Notes under the pieces: model-generated
The model's input: the letters and a program-made list of their open reading frames with translations, nothing else
What the model was told of the DNA's origin: nothing
Database searches by the model: none
Position numbers and translations under genes: made by a program
NCBI RefSeq assembly: GCF_001652585.1
Contig: NZ_LWLG01000001.1
Coordinates: 360,001-392,000 of the forward strand
DNA: 32,000 bases
DNA from: Thermosulfurimonas dismutans
Lineage (GTDB): Bacteria; Desulfobacterota; Thermodesulfobacteria; Thermodesulfobacteriales; Thermodesulfobacteriaceae
Reading direction: 5' to 3'
Shown here: one piece after another, positions 1-9,237 of the stretch
How positions within the stretch are numbered: position 1 is the first letter of the stretch
Layout: each line of letters begins with the position of its first letter

Positions 1-1
1 G

Positions 2-235
2 GGGTTGCATGCCCCTGGACCATACCTTTTGATAAAAGGCCCCTGGTTTTTCCTAGGGGTACAGGAAGCCCTGAGATATTTTCCACCGGTTTGGGCTGGT
101 ATTTTATTTCCGGCTTTAGGGATCTTGCTCTATGTGCTGGTTAAAATGGATAGTCTAAGGAAGTGGGTCTTCGGAGGCCTCCTAGTCTGGACAGGGGTTT
201 ATATGTTCTTCATGGTTTACGGGCTTTTGCGATGA
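2..235 (+). CDS. C-terminal fragment of a cytochrome b-like integral membrane subunit (gene begins upstream of the window)
   Basis: The frame is open from the window edge and encodes hydrophobic helices. KGPWFFLGVQEALRYFP resembles the PEWYF-type motif of cytochrome b / b6f subunit IV C-terminal domains. The stop TGA at 233-235 overlaps ATG 232-234 of the next gene (ATGA coupling). Confidence 0.45.
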   Translation, partial: GLHAPGPYLLIKGPWFFLGVQEALRYFPPVWAGILFPALGILLYVLVKMDSLRKWVFGGLLVWTGVYMFFMVYGLLR

Positions 236-1479
236 GAAATCATTGGTGGTTTTTAGTTCTAATGCTGGCCATGTTTGCGGCTCTGATCCAAGAGTTGCGT
301 TTCAAACGCGCCGACAAGGTCTATACCTTAGCCTCCGGTCGGGTGGACATGTGTCTTGCCTGCCACAAGGAGGCTCCTGGGAAAGCCCATGCCCGAGGGG
401 TAGTGGGGTGTGCGGACTGTCATTTGGGCGACCCCCTAACGGTAGAGAAGAAGCGGGCCCACCGGGGGATGGTGAAAAATCCGGGAGACCTTCGGGTAGC
501 GGATCAGACCTGTGGTCGGCCGGAATGCCATCCGGGCTATGCCGAAAGGGTCAAAAAGAGCCTTATGGCCACCAACCGAGGTATTATTACTACTCTCCGT
601 TATTACTGGGGGGAAATCGAAGACTTTCACGCTGAAGCTTCGGTGGAGACCCTAATGAAGACCGACGAGACCTCACCGGCCTTGGACTATTTCCGCAAAC
701 TCTGTGGCACCTGCCACCTGTGGCTCCCCAAGGAGAAGCTTCCGGGATTTCTTAAGAAAAAGGGCGGAGGTTGCGTGGCCTGCCATTTGATTCCGGGTAA
801 GAATAAGGATAAGAAGGTACATTCCATACTTACCCGAAAGATCCCGCTTGAAAATTGCGTGCGCTGTCACAACCGGAGCGGACGTATCGGATTGTCTTAC
901 CAGGGGCTTTATGAAGACGAACAATACGGAGCGCCTATAGAGGAAGGCGAATTCGCGGCCGAAGAACTCGAAGACGGACGTTTTGTGGCCCGTATACCAC
1001 CGGATGTACATTTTAAGGCCGGTATGGTTTGCGTGGACTGTCACACCCAGAACGAGACCATGGGAGACGGCAAGGCCTACGCCCACTTTGAAGAATCGCT
1101 TGAGATCACCTGCGAGGCTTGCCACGAGGGGACAGGCCGAACCCGAAAGGGCACGCTCCTCACCAACCTCAAAGTAAAAGACGGAAAAATTTACTGGCAG
1201 GCCAAACTCAGTGGAAAAGAACTTGAAGTTAAAAGGCCGGATCCGGTGGCCTGCCGACATCCGGTACACCGCAGGCTCACCTGTGAGAGTTGTCACGACC
1301 AGCGGGTTCCCCAGTGCTTCGGTTGCCATGTGAGGCGGGATCCCCGAGAAAAACAGCTTGACAAGTTGTCTTTTAAGGAGACCCCCGGCCTCTGGGAGGA
1401 GTTCCGGAGCTATATGCGGGTTGAGGTGCCCACCCTCGGAGTTCGAGAAGACAAGGTAGTGATTTTGGTCCCAGGATGA
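232..1479 (+). CDS. Multihaem cytochrome c with 9 CxxCH motifs plus one CGRPECH (CX4CH) motif and an N-terminal signal/anchor helix
   Basis: Motifs seen are CLACH, CADCH, CGTCH, CVACH, CVRCH, CVDCH, CEACH, CESCH and CFGCH. The hydrophobic N-terminus is MRNHWWFLVLMLAMFAALIQ. I prefer the ATG at 232 (ATGA overlap with the upstream stop) to the ORF-track start at 163. The ORF ends at TGA 1477-1479, which may be recoded (see findings). Confidence 0.85.
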   Translation: MRNHWWFLVLMLAMFAALIQELRFKRADKVYTLASGRVDMCLACHKEAPGKAHARGVVGCADCHLGDPLTVEKKRAHRGMVKNPGDLRVADQTCGRPECHPGYAERVKKSLMATNRGIITTLRYYWGEIEDFHAEASVETLMKTDETSPALDYFRKLCGTCHLWLPKEKLPGFLKKKGGGCVACHLIPGKNKDKKVHSILTRKIPLENCVRCHNRSGRIGLSYQGLYEDEQYGAPIEEGEFAAEELEDGRFVARIPPDVHFKAGMVCVDCHTQNETMGDGKAYAHFEESLEITCEACHEGTGRTRKGTLLTNLKVKDGKIYWQAKLSGKELEVKRPDPVACRHPVHRRLTCESCHDQRVPQCFGCHVRRDPREKQLDKLSFKETPGLWEEFRSYMRVEVPTLGVREDKVVILVPG

Positions 1480-1490
1480 CAGGACTTCAT

Positions 1491-1527
1491 TTCCTTTCTT
1501 TCCCCGGAGGGGAAGTTGGAGAAGGAA
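1491..1527 (+). promoter_or_regulatory. Candidate SECIS-like stem-loop 11 nt downstream of in-frame UGA 1477-1479
   Basis: The left arm UUCCUUUCUUUCCCC (1491-1505) pairs with GGGGAAG-uu-GGAG-aa-GGAA (1509-1527). That gives about 15 bp including 3 G.U pairs, two 2-nt bulges and a G-rich apical loop. Pairing was done by hand only. Confidence 0.35.
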
Positions 1528-1902
1528 TTTAAACGCATCACCTGGTCTTTCATGTATCCCCACAATACCGGCAAGGCCCGTACTTGTAAGGACTGTCACC
1601 AGTCAGCCAAGACCGTGGGCCTGGGTTACGGTAGCCTTACCTACTTAGGAAAGGGTCGCTTTCGATTCACGCCGGCTGAGGCTCCCTCGGAGTTGCTCGA
1701 AATTGAACACGGGCTTTCGGCGGTGGTGGATCTTTCGGGGAAACCCTTGGTGAACTTCCGCCCCGGGGTGAGAGGCTTTAATGGGAAGGAAATTCGACAA
1801 ATTTTAAGGGTTGGACTCTGCCTCTCGTGTCACAGAGACTTTTCCGATCCCGTTATGCGGAACTGGCCTCCCAGGAAGCCCTGTCCGGTTTTCAAGGAGT
1901 AG
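1516..1902 (+). CDS. Dihaem cytochrome c module (CKDCH, CLSCH), in the same frame as the upstream multihaem cytochrome and possibly its C-terminus
   Basis: There are two CxxCH motifs. The ORF-track start is a TTG with GGAGG at 1507-1511. The product has no signal peptide of its own. Codons 1480-1515 are open and in frame with 232-1479. Confidence 0.6.
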   Translation: MEKEFKRITWSFMYPHNTGKARTCKDCHQSAKTVGLGYGSLTYLGKGRFRFTPAEAPSELLEIEHGLSAVVDLSGKPLVNFRPGVRGFNGKEIRQILRVGLCLSCHRDFSDPVMRNWPPRKPCPVFKE

Positions 1903-1904
1903 AG

Positions 1905-2489
1905 GTGCTGGTTCAGCTCTGGGAGAATCGAGAGGCTTTAAGGACTCTGGTGGAGTCCAAAGGCCCTCTTGGGCCGGTGATTTTCGTGCTGATTCAGGCC
2001 GGCCAGGTGGTGCTGGCTCCGCTTCCCGGCGAGGCCACCGGGCTTGCTGCGGGTTTTATCTTCGGGGCCTGGGAGGGCTTTGTACTGGCCATGATGGGCC
2101 TGGCTCTAGGGTCAAGCGCCGCTTTCGGGCTGGCCCGTCTTTTCCGTGATCTAGTCCACCGGCACCTCGCAAGGAAGGTCTTTTACCAAAAAGTTCTGCT
2201 CTTTAATCGCAAGCACGGGCCCACGGCAGCTTTTTTACTCTTTCTCTTTCCCGGTTTTCCCAAGGACTATCTATGTTACGCCCTAGGGCTTCTCCCTCTC
2301 CCCTTTCGGGTTTTTTTCCCGATTATGTTACTTGGAAGGGCTCCGGCTACCCTAGCCCTAACCCTGGAAGGTGAAGCCCTTTATAGGGAAGATTGGCGGA
2401 TGGTAATTTGGGTGGCGGTAGTGGCCGTAGTGGTGCTTGGGCTTTTTAGGGTGTTCAAAAAACGATTTTATCAGGAGATTTCGGTATGA
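1905..2489 (+). CDS. TVP38/TMEM64 (DedA-related, SNARE-associated domain) family membrane protein
   Basis: Multiple TM helices and the family-typical PGFPKDYLCYALGL segment. I prefer the GTG at 1905, preceded by AAGGAG at 1894-1899 and lying just after the upstream stop. The ORF-track start at 1827 would overlap the cytochrome ORF by 76 nt. Confidence 0.7.
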   Translation: MLVQLWENREALRTLVESKGPLGPVIFVLIQAGQVVLAPLPGEATGLAAGFIFGAWEGFVLAMMGLALGSSAAFGLARLFRDLVHRHLARKVFYQKVLLFNRKHGPTAAFLLFLFPGFPKDYLCYALGLLPLPFRVFFPIMLLGRAPATLALTLEGEALYREDWRMVIWVAVVAVVVLGLFRVFKKRFYQEISV

Positions 2490-3667
2490 AGCGGGCCTAT
2501 CTTCAGGCTGTGGGTGGGGTTTCTGGAGACATGTTCCTTTCGGCCTTGATCTCGGCTGGGGTACCAGCTGAAGAACTTGCAGGATTTCTGGCCAGGCTTC
2601 CGGGGAAGCTGCGTTTAGAGGTAAAGGAGATCACAGTTTCCGGTCTCAAGGCCATAAGGATCAATCTTTCTGCTGAAAGCCCCGGGGCCCTTCCGTCCAG
2701 GTTCCCGGATTTTATGGCTATGCTGGAGAAGCTGGACCTTGAACCTTCGCTAAGAGAAAAGGCCCGGGAGATCTTTGCACTTATTTTTCAAGCCGAGGCC
2801 CGGGTGCACGGTCGGGAACTTTCTGAGGTTAATCTCCATGAGCTTTCGGCCTACGATACGCTGGGGGATGTCCTGGGCGTGCTTTACGGGCTTAACTTTC
2901 TTGGAATCTCTGAACTTTATGTCTCTTCTCTTCCTCTAGGGGCGGGCCTGATCGAGACCGCCCACGGGCGGCTTCCCCTTCCGGCCCCGGCGGCAGCCGA
3001 GATCCTTAAAGGAGTCCCGGTCTATGGCATTTCGGAGTCCTTTGAGACTGTGACCCCCACCGGGGCAGCCCTGGTAAAGGGTCTGGCGAAGGATTTCGGT
3101 CCTTTTCCGGAAATGACAATTGAGGCCGTGGGAGTGGGTACTGGGACCTTTTCGTTTGAGGCTCGGCCCAACCTTTTGCGTCTATTCGTTGGCGAGCCCG
3201 TGGAGAAACTTCCCAAAGAAGAGGTGTGGGAGATTATTACCGATCTTGACGACGAGTCACCGGAAACTCTGGGATATTTAATGGAAAGGCTTCTTTCGGC
3301 TGGAGCTCTTGATGTGGGGTTTAGTCCGCGTTTTATGAAGAAAAATCGTCCAGGGCTAAAAGTAGAGGTGATTTCGTCTCCGGATAAAGTGCGAGAACTC
3401 GCCCTCATCCTACTTGAGGAGACCTCTACCTTAGGAGTGAGAATCCGCAGGGCCGAGAGATTATGCCTTCCCCGTGAGATAAGAACGATAGAGACCCCTT
3501 ACGGCCAGGTCAGGGTCAAGATTGCCCGTACCCCTTCGGGAGAGACCAAGTTCAAACCAGAGGCCGAGGACCTTATCAAGTTCTCCCGCGAAAGCAGGCG
3601 CCCTCTGAGAGAGGTGAGACAAGCGGTCTTAAACGAGATTAGATTTAAGTTTAGGGACTCAGCCTGA
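2486..3667 (+). CDS. larC: LarC-family nickel insertion protein (nickel-pincer cofactor biosynthesis, DUF111/UPF0272)
   Basis: The N-terminus MKRAYLQAVGGVSGDMFLSALISAGV matches the LarC GxSGDM signature, and the length of about 390 aa fits. Its ATG overlaps the upstream stop (ATGA). Confidence 0.8.
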   Translation: MKRAYLQAVGGVSGDMFLSALISAGVPAEELAGFLARLPGKLRLEVKEITVSGLKAIRINLSAESPGALPSRFPDFMAMLEKLDLEPSLREKAREIFALIFQAEARVHGRELSEVNLHELSAYDTLGDVLGVLYGLNFLGISELYVSSLPLGAGLIETAHGRLPLPAPAAAEILKGVPVYGISESFETVTPTGAALVKGLAKDFGPFPEMTIEAVGVGTGTFSFEARPNLLRLFVGEPVEKLPKEEVWEIITDLDDESPETLGYLMERLLSAGALDVGFSPRFMKKNRPGLKVEVISSPDKVRELALILLEETSTLGVRIRRAERLCLPREIRTIETPYGQVRVKIARTPSGETKFKPEAEDLIKFSRESRRPLREVRQAVLNEIRFKFRDSA

Positions 3668-3713
3668 TTTTTCGGTCAGGATGTTTCCTGCCTGAAAGGC
3701 ATTAACTTATGAG

Positions 3714-5741
3714 ATGAATATGTTCTACGGTTCGCGGAAAAGGGAAGAAGAGTTTAGACTGGCCACCGAACTCAAGCCCTGTGGGGATCAACCGCAGGCC
3801 ATTGAGGCCTTGGTGGAGGGGGTCTTTTCCGGGGTAAAGCACCAAGTCCTCCTTGGGGTAACCGGCTCCGGTAAGACCTTCACCATGGCCAATGTGATAG
3901 CCCGGGTGAACCGTCCCACCTTGGTAATCGCCCCCAACAAGACCCTGGCTGCCCAGCTCTACAACGAATTTCGCCGTTTCTTTCCGGATAACGCCGTGGA
4001 GTACTTCGTCTCCTACTATGATTACTATCAACCCGAGGCCTACATCCCGGCCACCGACACCTACATCGAAAAGGACGCCTCCATCAACGACCTTATAGAC
4101 CGCCTTAGGCACGCGGCCACCTCTGCGGTGCTCTCCCGCAAGGATGTGATCGTGGTGGCCAGTGTCTCTTGCATCTATGGCTTGGGCTCACCCGAGGAGT
4201 ACGCCCGTATGCACCTCTATCTTCGGGTGGGGGACACCTATCCTCGGGATCAACTCATAAGACGCCTCGTCACCATGCACTACGAGAGAAACGATTACGA
4301 CTTTAAACGCGGGACCTTTCGGGTTCGCGGAGACGTGATCGAGGTCTTTCCGGCAAGTGAGGAGAAACGGGCCCTTAGGATCGAGCTTTTTGGGGACGAG
4401 GTGGAAGCCATCAAGGTCATAGATCCCTTTCGAGGAAAAGTCCTCGGGAGACTTAAGGAAACGGTCATTTTCCCCGGGACCCACTATGTGACCACTGAAG
4501 ATCGCCTACGCCGGGCCATAGAGGAAATTCGGAAGGAACTAGAGGAGAGGGTGCGCTACTTCGAGAGTCGAGGAGAACATCATTATGCCGAACGCCTCAA
4601 GAAACGCACCCTTTATGACCTTGAGATGCTCGAGGAGATGGGCTTCTGTCACGGGATCGAGAACTACAGTCGCTATCTTGATGGCCGACGACCCGGCGAG
4701 CCTCCCTACACCCTGCTTGACTACTTTCCGGATGACTTTTTGATCTTCATCGACGAGAGCCACATCACTATTCCCCAACTCGCCGGGATGTACCGAGGTG
4801 ACCGCTCCCGCAAGGAGACCCTGGTGGAATACGGTTTCCGGTTGCCATCGGCCCTTGATAACCGACCGCTTACCTTCGAGGAATTCGAGGCCCGGGTGAA
4901 CCAGGTGATCTATGTCTCGGCCACCCCCGGACCCTACGAACTCGATAAGGCACAGGGCCGCGTGATAGAGCAGATCATAAGACCCACCGGACTTATGGAC
5001 CCGAAGGTGGAGGTACGTTCGGCAGAAAACCAGGTGGACGATCTCCTCGGCGAGATCCGCAAACGCATTGCGCGCGGCGAAAGGGTCCTGGTCTGCACCC
5101 TTACCAAACGCATGGCCGAGGAACTGACCGACTATTACGCGGACCTGGGGATCAAGGTAAAGTATCTCCACTCCGACATCAAGACCCTAGAGCGGGCAAG
5201 GATCATAAGGGACCTGCGCCGGGGGGTCTTCGATGTCCTTGTCGGAATAAACCTTCTGCGCGAAGGGCTTGACATTCCGGAGGTGTCGCTGGTGGCCATC
5301 CTTGATGCGGACAAGGAGGGCTTTCTGCGTTCCGAGCGATCGCTCATCCAGATGATGGGCCGGGCGGCTCGGAATGTGAACGGCACGGTCATTCTTTACG
5401 CCGACACCCTTACCCCCTCCATGAAAAGGGCCATCGAGGAGACCAATCGCCGAAGGCGTATTCAGGAGGAATACAACCTTCGGCACGGCATCACCCCAAA
5501 GACGGTGAAAAAGGAAGTGGAGGATACGCTCGCCCGCATCGCCGAGGCCGATTATGTGGATCTTCCGAAACTGATGGAGGTCGAGGAGGAGAGATTCGAG
5601 AGCCTGGAAGAGCTGCGCCGCGAGATCAAAAGGGTGGAAAAGGAGATGAAGAAGGCCGCCAAAAACCTCGAGTTTGAAAAAGCCGCCGCTCTCCGCGACC
5701 GTCTATTCCATCTGCGCCAACTTGCTGTGGAATGGAATTAG
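3714..5741 (+). CDS. uvrB: Excinuclease ABC subunit B
   Basis: [13 protein letters not shown], Walker [13 protein letters not shown], helicase motifs, and a C-terminal UVR domain ([12 protein letters not shown]). Length is 675 aa. Confidence 0.97.
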   Translation: MNMFYGSRKREEEFRLATELKPCGDQPQAIEALVEGVFSGVKHQVLLGVTGSGKTFTMANVIARVNRPTLVIAPNKTLAAQLYNEFRRFFPDNAVEYFVSYYDYYQPEAYIPATDTYIEKDASINDLIDRLRHAATSAVLSRKDVIVVASVSCIYGLGSPEEYARMHLYLRVGDTYPRDQLIRRLVTMHYERNDYDFKRGTFRVRGDVIEVFPASEEKRALRIELFGDEVEAIKVIDPFRGKVLGRLKETVIFPGTHYVTTEDRLRRAIEEIRKELEERVRYFESRGEHHYAERLKKRTLYDLEMLEEMGFCHGIENYSRYLDGRRPGEPPYTLLDYFPDDFLIFIDESHITIPQLAGMYRGDRSRKETLVEYGFRLPSALDNRPLTFEEFEARVNQVIYVSATPGPYELDKAQGRVIEQIIRPTGLMDPKVEVRSAENQVDDLLGEIRKRIARGERVLVCTLTKRMAEELTDYYADLGIKVKYLHSDIKTLERARIIRDLRRGVFDVLVGINLLREGLDIPEVSLVAILDADKEGFLRSERSLIQMMGRAARNVNGTVILYADTLTPSMKRAIEETNRRRRIQEEYNLRHGITPKTVKKEVEDTLARIAEADYVDLPKLMEVEEERFESLEELRREIKRVEKEMKKAAKNLEFEKAAALRDRLFHLRQLAVEWN

Positions 5742-5788
5742 CTCCTTCTATTGACCCCCTTTATCCTCCTTGATAGCCTTAGAACGAA

Positions 5789-7060
5789 ATGGTAAAGGGA
5801 GCGATTCTGGCCATCGGGGACGAACTGCTCTCGGGCCGGGTATTTAATACCACCAGTTTTCTGGCTGCCGAAAGACTTTACCGGGCAGGCTATCGTATCC
5901 TTGAGATCGTAACGGTTGGAGACGAAAAGTCCGAAATCGTATTTCAACTGAAACGTCTTCTTGAAAAAGTAGATTTTCTTATAGTAAGCGGGGGGCTGGG
6001 CCCCACGGAAGACGATCTTACCAACGAGGCCGTGGCTGAAGCCCTGAGTCTAAAACTCGTTCCCCGTCCGGAGATTCTTTCTCGTATAAGAGAGAACGAA
6101 AGGGCCCAAGGACTCAAGCCCAACGTGTTAAGGGACAAGATGGCCTATCTCCCGGAGGGGGCCGAGCCCCTGGCTGATGACCTCGCGGTTGCAGGCTACC
6201 TCTTGAAGTATCAGGGAAAACCCCTCTTTTTCCTACCGGGTGTGCCCTCGCAGTTTGGTAAGCTTCTTGAGGAAAAGGTCCTGCCTCAGCTCTTCAAACT
6301 TTATCCTCCGAGAGAGGCTGTTTTTACCAAAACCCTGCGTTTTTTTGACCTGCGGGAAGCCGAAATCAACCAGGCGGTAAAGGAGTTAAAGGCCGAAGGG
6401 GTGGAATTCGGTTTTTATCCCGTTTTCCCGGAGGTACACCTAACCATTACCGCCAGGGCCAAAACCGAGGAGGAAGCCCGCAACCGGGTACTTTTAGTGA
6501 CCGAAGCCCTTAAGACCCGCTTCCCGGAGCACCTTTTCGGTGAGGATGGGGAGGAGTTGCCACAAGTGCTAGGCCGTCTCCTTGGAGAAAAAGGGAAGAC
6601 GCTTTCCGTGGCGGAGTCTTGCACTGGGGGGCTAATGGCCTCCTTGATCACCCGCATCCCTGGCTCCTCGGAATATTTCATCGGTGGAGCCGTGACCTAC
6701 GCCAACGAGGCCAAGATGAAGACTCTGGGAGTGCCGGAGAGGTTTTTGAGGCTTTTTGGGGCCGTCTCCCGCGAGGTAGCTCTTTCTATGGCTGAAGGGG
6801 CCAGGAAACATTTCGGAACGGACTTTGCCCTTTCGGTAACCGGTATCGCCGGCCCGAGCGGTGGCAGCTCTGAGAAACCAGTGGGCACGGTCTGGATAGG
6901 CCTTTCCGCCCCCACTGAAACCGTGGCCCGCAGGTTCCTCTTCCCAGGCACCCGCTACGAGATCCAGACCCTCACGGCCTACACCGCCCTTGACTGGCTT
7001 CGGAGGTACCTCCTTCATGATACGCTGTTTCCTCGCTATCGCTTTGCCCGAGAGGATTAA
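5789..7060 (+). CDS. cinA: CinA-family competence/damage-inducible protein (MoCF-binding domain plus nicotinamide-nucleotide amidase PncC domain)
   Basis: The N-terminus KGAILAIGDELLSGRVFNTTS and the C-terminal SVAESCTGGLMAS...GGAVTYANEAK are characteristic of CinA/PncC. Confidence 0.9.
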   Translation: MVKGAILAIGDELLSGRVFNTTSFLAAERLYRAGYRILEIVTVGDEKSEIVFQLKRLLEKVDFLIVSGGLGPTEDDLTNEAVAEALSLKLVPRPEILSRIRENERAQGLKPNVLRDKMAYLPEGAEPLADDLAVAGYLLKYQGKPLFFLPGVPSQFGKLLEEKVLPQLFKLYPPREAVFTKTLRFFDLREAEINQAVKELKAEGVEFGFYPVFPEVHLTITARAKTEEEARNRVLLVTEALKTRFPEHLFGEDGEELPQVLGRLLGEKGKTLSVAESCTGGLMASLITRIPGSSEYFIGGAVTYANEAKMKTLGVPERFLRLFGAVSREVALSMAEGARKHFGTDFALSVTGIAGPSGGSSEKPVGTVWIGLSAPTETVARRFLFPGTRYEIQTLTAYTALDWLRRYLLHDTLFPRYRFARED

Positions 7061-7571
7061 AGAGATATTGGCTGGCCTACAAAAGGAACTTAAGACCATC
7101 GGGGCGAATGTGCGCTGGGTGCGGCCGGATGGATTTCATCTGACCCTCAAGTTTTTCGGAAACATTCCAGAGGAAAAACTTCCGGCCTTGGTCCGGGCAA
7201 CCGAAAAGGCCAAGGACGACTTTAACCCTTTTGAACTTTCCCTATCCGGGCTTGGCTTTTTCCCGGAGAAAGGACCGCCGCGGGTCATCTGGGTAGGGCT
7301 CTCTGGAGAGCTTGAGCCCCTACTTGCCCTTCAGAGGCGTCTTGAAAAAGCCTTTAAAAAGGTGGGCTTCCCGCCGGAGAAACGTCCCTTTCATCCCCAT
7401 CTTACCCTTGGGAGGGTAAAGGAGTCCAGAGGAACAGGTAAACTTAAAGAGCTGGCCGGAAAGCTAAAAATTCCGGCCGAGAGTTTTCGGGTGGAACGGC
7501 TTACCTTTTACCGCAGTGTGCTTCACCCTGAGGGAGCAGTCTATTCGGTTCTTGAGGAGGTGGAATTGTAG
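7017..7571 (+). CDS. thpR: RNA 2',3'-cyclic phosphodiesterase (2H phosphoesterase, LigT/ThpR)
   Basis: Two HxTx motifs are present (FHLTLKF and HPHLTLGR). The family-typical N-terminus MIRCFLAIALPE places the start at ATG 7017, giving a 44-nt overlap with cinA. The ORF-track start is 6990. Confidence 0.85.
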   Translation: MIRCFLAIALPERIKEILAGLQKELKTIGANVRWVRPDGFHLTLKFFGNIPEEKLPALVRATEKAKDDFNPFELSLSGLGFFPEKGPPRVIWVGLSGELEPLLALQRRLEKAFKKVGFPPEKRPFHPHLTLGRVKESRGTGKLKELAGKLKIPAESFRVERLTFYRSVLHPEGAVYSVLEEVEL

Positions 7572-7574
7572 ATC

Positions 7575-9176
7575 GTGAAGTTCGGGATCAAGCTTCTAAT
7601 AATTTGGTGTCTTATTTTCTATAGTCTTTTCTGTGGTCGGACTCCGGCTCAGGACTACGGGGACGCTCTGGTTATTGGGACCATTGGGGACGCCAGTACC
7701 CTGATCCCGATGCTGGCCACGGATGCCGCCAGTCACGAGGTGGCCGGTCTCATTTTTAACGGTCTGGTGAAATACGATCCCTATCTCAATATCGTGGGAG
7801 ATCTCGCCGAGCGATATGAGATTTCTCCAGACGGACGCACCATCACTTTTTATCTTCGCAAAGGGGTCAAATGGCACGATGGAGTGGAGTTTACGGCTGA
7901 GGATGTCATGTTCGGTTTTAGGCTTATCACCGATCCCAAGACCCCCACGGCCTATGCCGGAGATTTTCTTGAGGTGGACAAGGCCGAGATCGTGGATCGC
8001 TACACCTTCAGGGTGCACTACAAGAAGCCTTTCGCCCCGGCGCTTTCTTCTTGGGGCAACCTGGTAGTGCTTCCCAAGCACCTTCTCAAGGGCCAAGATA
8101 TCACTAAGACCGATTTTGGGAGACATCCGATTGGCACCGGTCCTTTCCGTTTCAAGGAGTGGCGGGCCCAGGAGAAGATCGTTCTTTCGGCCAATCCCAA
8201 TTACTTCGATGGCCGACCCTATCTCAACTACATCATTTATCGGGTTATTCCGGATCCGGCCACCATGTTCATGGAACTCAAGGCCGGAGGCATCGACTGG
8301 ATGGGACTTACCCCCCTCCAATACGCCCGTCAGACCAATTCTGAAGAGTTCCTCTCCCGGTTCCGTAAGTATAAATATCTGGCCTTCTCGTACACTTACC
8401 TAGGATACAACCTGAAACATCCGCTTTTCAGAGACAAACGTGTTCGTCAAGCCCTTTCCTACGCCATCAACAAAAGGGAAATCGTGGACGGGGTGCTTTT
8501 CGGCCTGGGGGTCCCGGCCACCGGGCCTTATAAACCTGATACCTGGTTTTACAATCCCGATGTAAAACGTTATCCCTATGATCCCCAGCGGGCTAAGAGG
8601 CTTCTTGCCGAAGCGGGCTGGCGGGACACTGACGGAGACGGCATTCTCGACAAAGACGGTCGGCCCTTCGAGTTTACCATTCTTACCAATCAGGGAAATC
8701 TCTCCCGCTTGCTTACCGCGCAGATCATCCAGCGCCGTCTTTCCGAGATCGGGATAAAGGTCCACATCCGAACCGTGGAATGGACGGCCCTTATCCACGA
8801 ATTTATTGACAAGCGTCGCTTTGAGGCCGTGATTCTGGGCTGGACCACCGGACCAGAACCCGATCTCTACGATATCTGGCACTCAAGCAAGATCAAACCC
8901 CCGGGCCTTAACTTCGTCGGCTATGCCAACCCGGAGGTTGACCGACTGTTAGAGGAGGGCCGGAGGACCTTCGACCGAAATAAGCGCAAAAGAATATACG
9001 ACCGCTTTCAAGAAATCCTGGCTGAGGATCAACCCTACACCTTCCTCTATGTGCCTATGGCCCTTCCATGCATCCACAAACGCTTCCGGGGCATAAAACC
9101 TGCCCCTATTGGCATCTCCTACAACCTTGAGCGCTGGTGGGTCCCGAAAGCCAAACAGAAATATCTTTTACCCTAA
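7575..9176 (+). CDS. ABC transporter substrate-binding protein, family 5 (peptide/nickel, OppA/DppA-like)
   Basis: An N-terminal signal sequence, about 530 aa in length, and typical family-5 segments (YEISPDGRTITFYLRKGVKWHDG, GTGPFRFKEW). GTG start with GGAGGTGG upstream. No permease or ATPase genes are adjacent. Confidence 0.85.
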   Translation: MKFGIKLLIIWCLIFYSLFCGRTPAQDYGDALVIGTIGDASTLIPMLATDAASHEVAGLIFNGLVKYDPYLNIVGDLAERYEISPDGRTITFYLRKGVKWHDGVEFTAEDVMFGFRLITDPKTPTAYAGDFLEVDKAEIVDRYTFRVHYKKPFAPALSSWGNLVVLPKHLLKGQDITKTDFGRHPIGTGPFRFKEWRAQEKIVLSANPNYFDGRPYLNYIIYRVIPDPATMFMELKAGGIDWMGLTPLQYARQTNSEEFLSRFRKYKYLAFSYTYLGYNLKHPLFRDKRVRQALSYAINKREIVDGVLFGLGVPATGPYKPDTWFYNPDVKRYPYDPQRAKRLLAEAGWRDTDGDGILDKDGRPFEFTILTNQGNLSRLLTAQIIQRRLSEIGIKVHIRTVEWTALIHEFIDKRRFEAVILGWTTGPEPDLYDIWHSSKIKPPGLNFVGYANPEVDRLLEEGRRTFDRNKRKRIYDRFQEILAEDQPYTFLYVPMALPCIHKRFRGIKPAPIGISYNLERWWVPKAKQKYLLP

Positions 9177-9204
9177 GGGCTTTTCGGGCTTGTCTTGTAA
9201 AATT

Positions 9205-9226
9205 GGGCCGGGTGCCAACCCGGCCC
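9205..9226. terminator. Bidirectional intrinsic terminator hairpin between convergent genes
   Basis: GGGCCGGG-tgccaa-CCCGGCCC forms an 8-bp GC stem. It has T-containing tracts on both sides (AATTTTAC on the minus-strand reading). It sits in the 61-nt gap between the stop at 9176 and the stop at 9238. Confidence 0.6.
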
Positions 9227-9237
9227 TTGATATGATA

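Noticed and set aside
673-1599. A 308-aa minus-strand ORF antisense to the multihaem cytochrome. Similar long antisense ORFs occur at 4539-5171, 7596-8321, 9592-10173, 23651-24301, 27445-28317 and 30075-30752.
   Set aside because: Each lies entirely within a confidently identified gene on the other strand. Their compositions are low-complexity or Arg/Ser/Gly/Pro-rich, which is typical of shadow frames, and they show no recognisable motifs.
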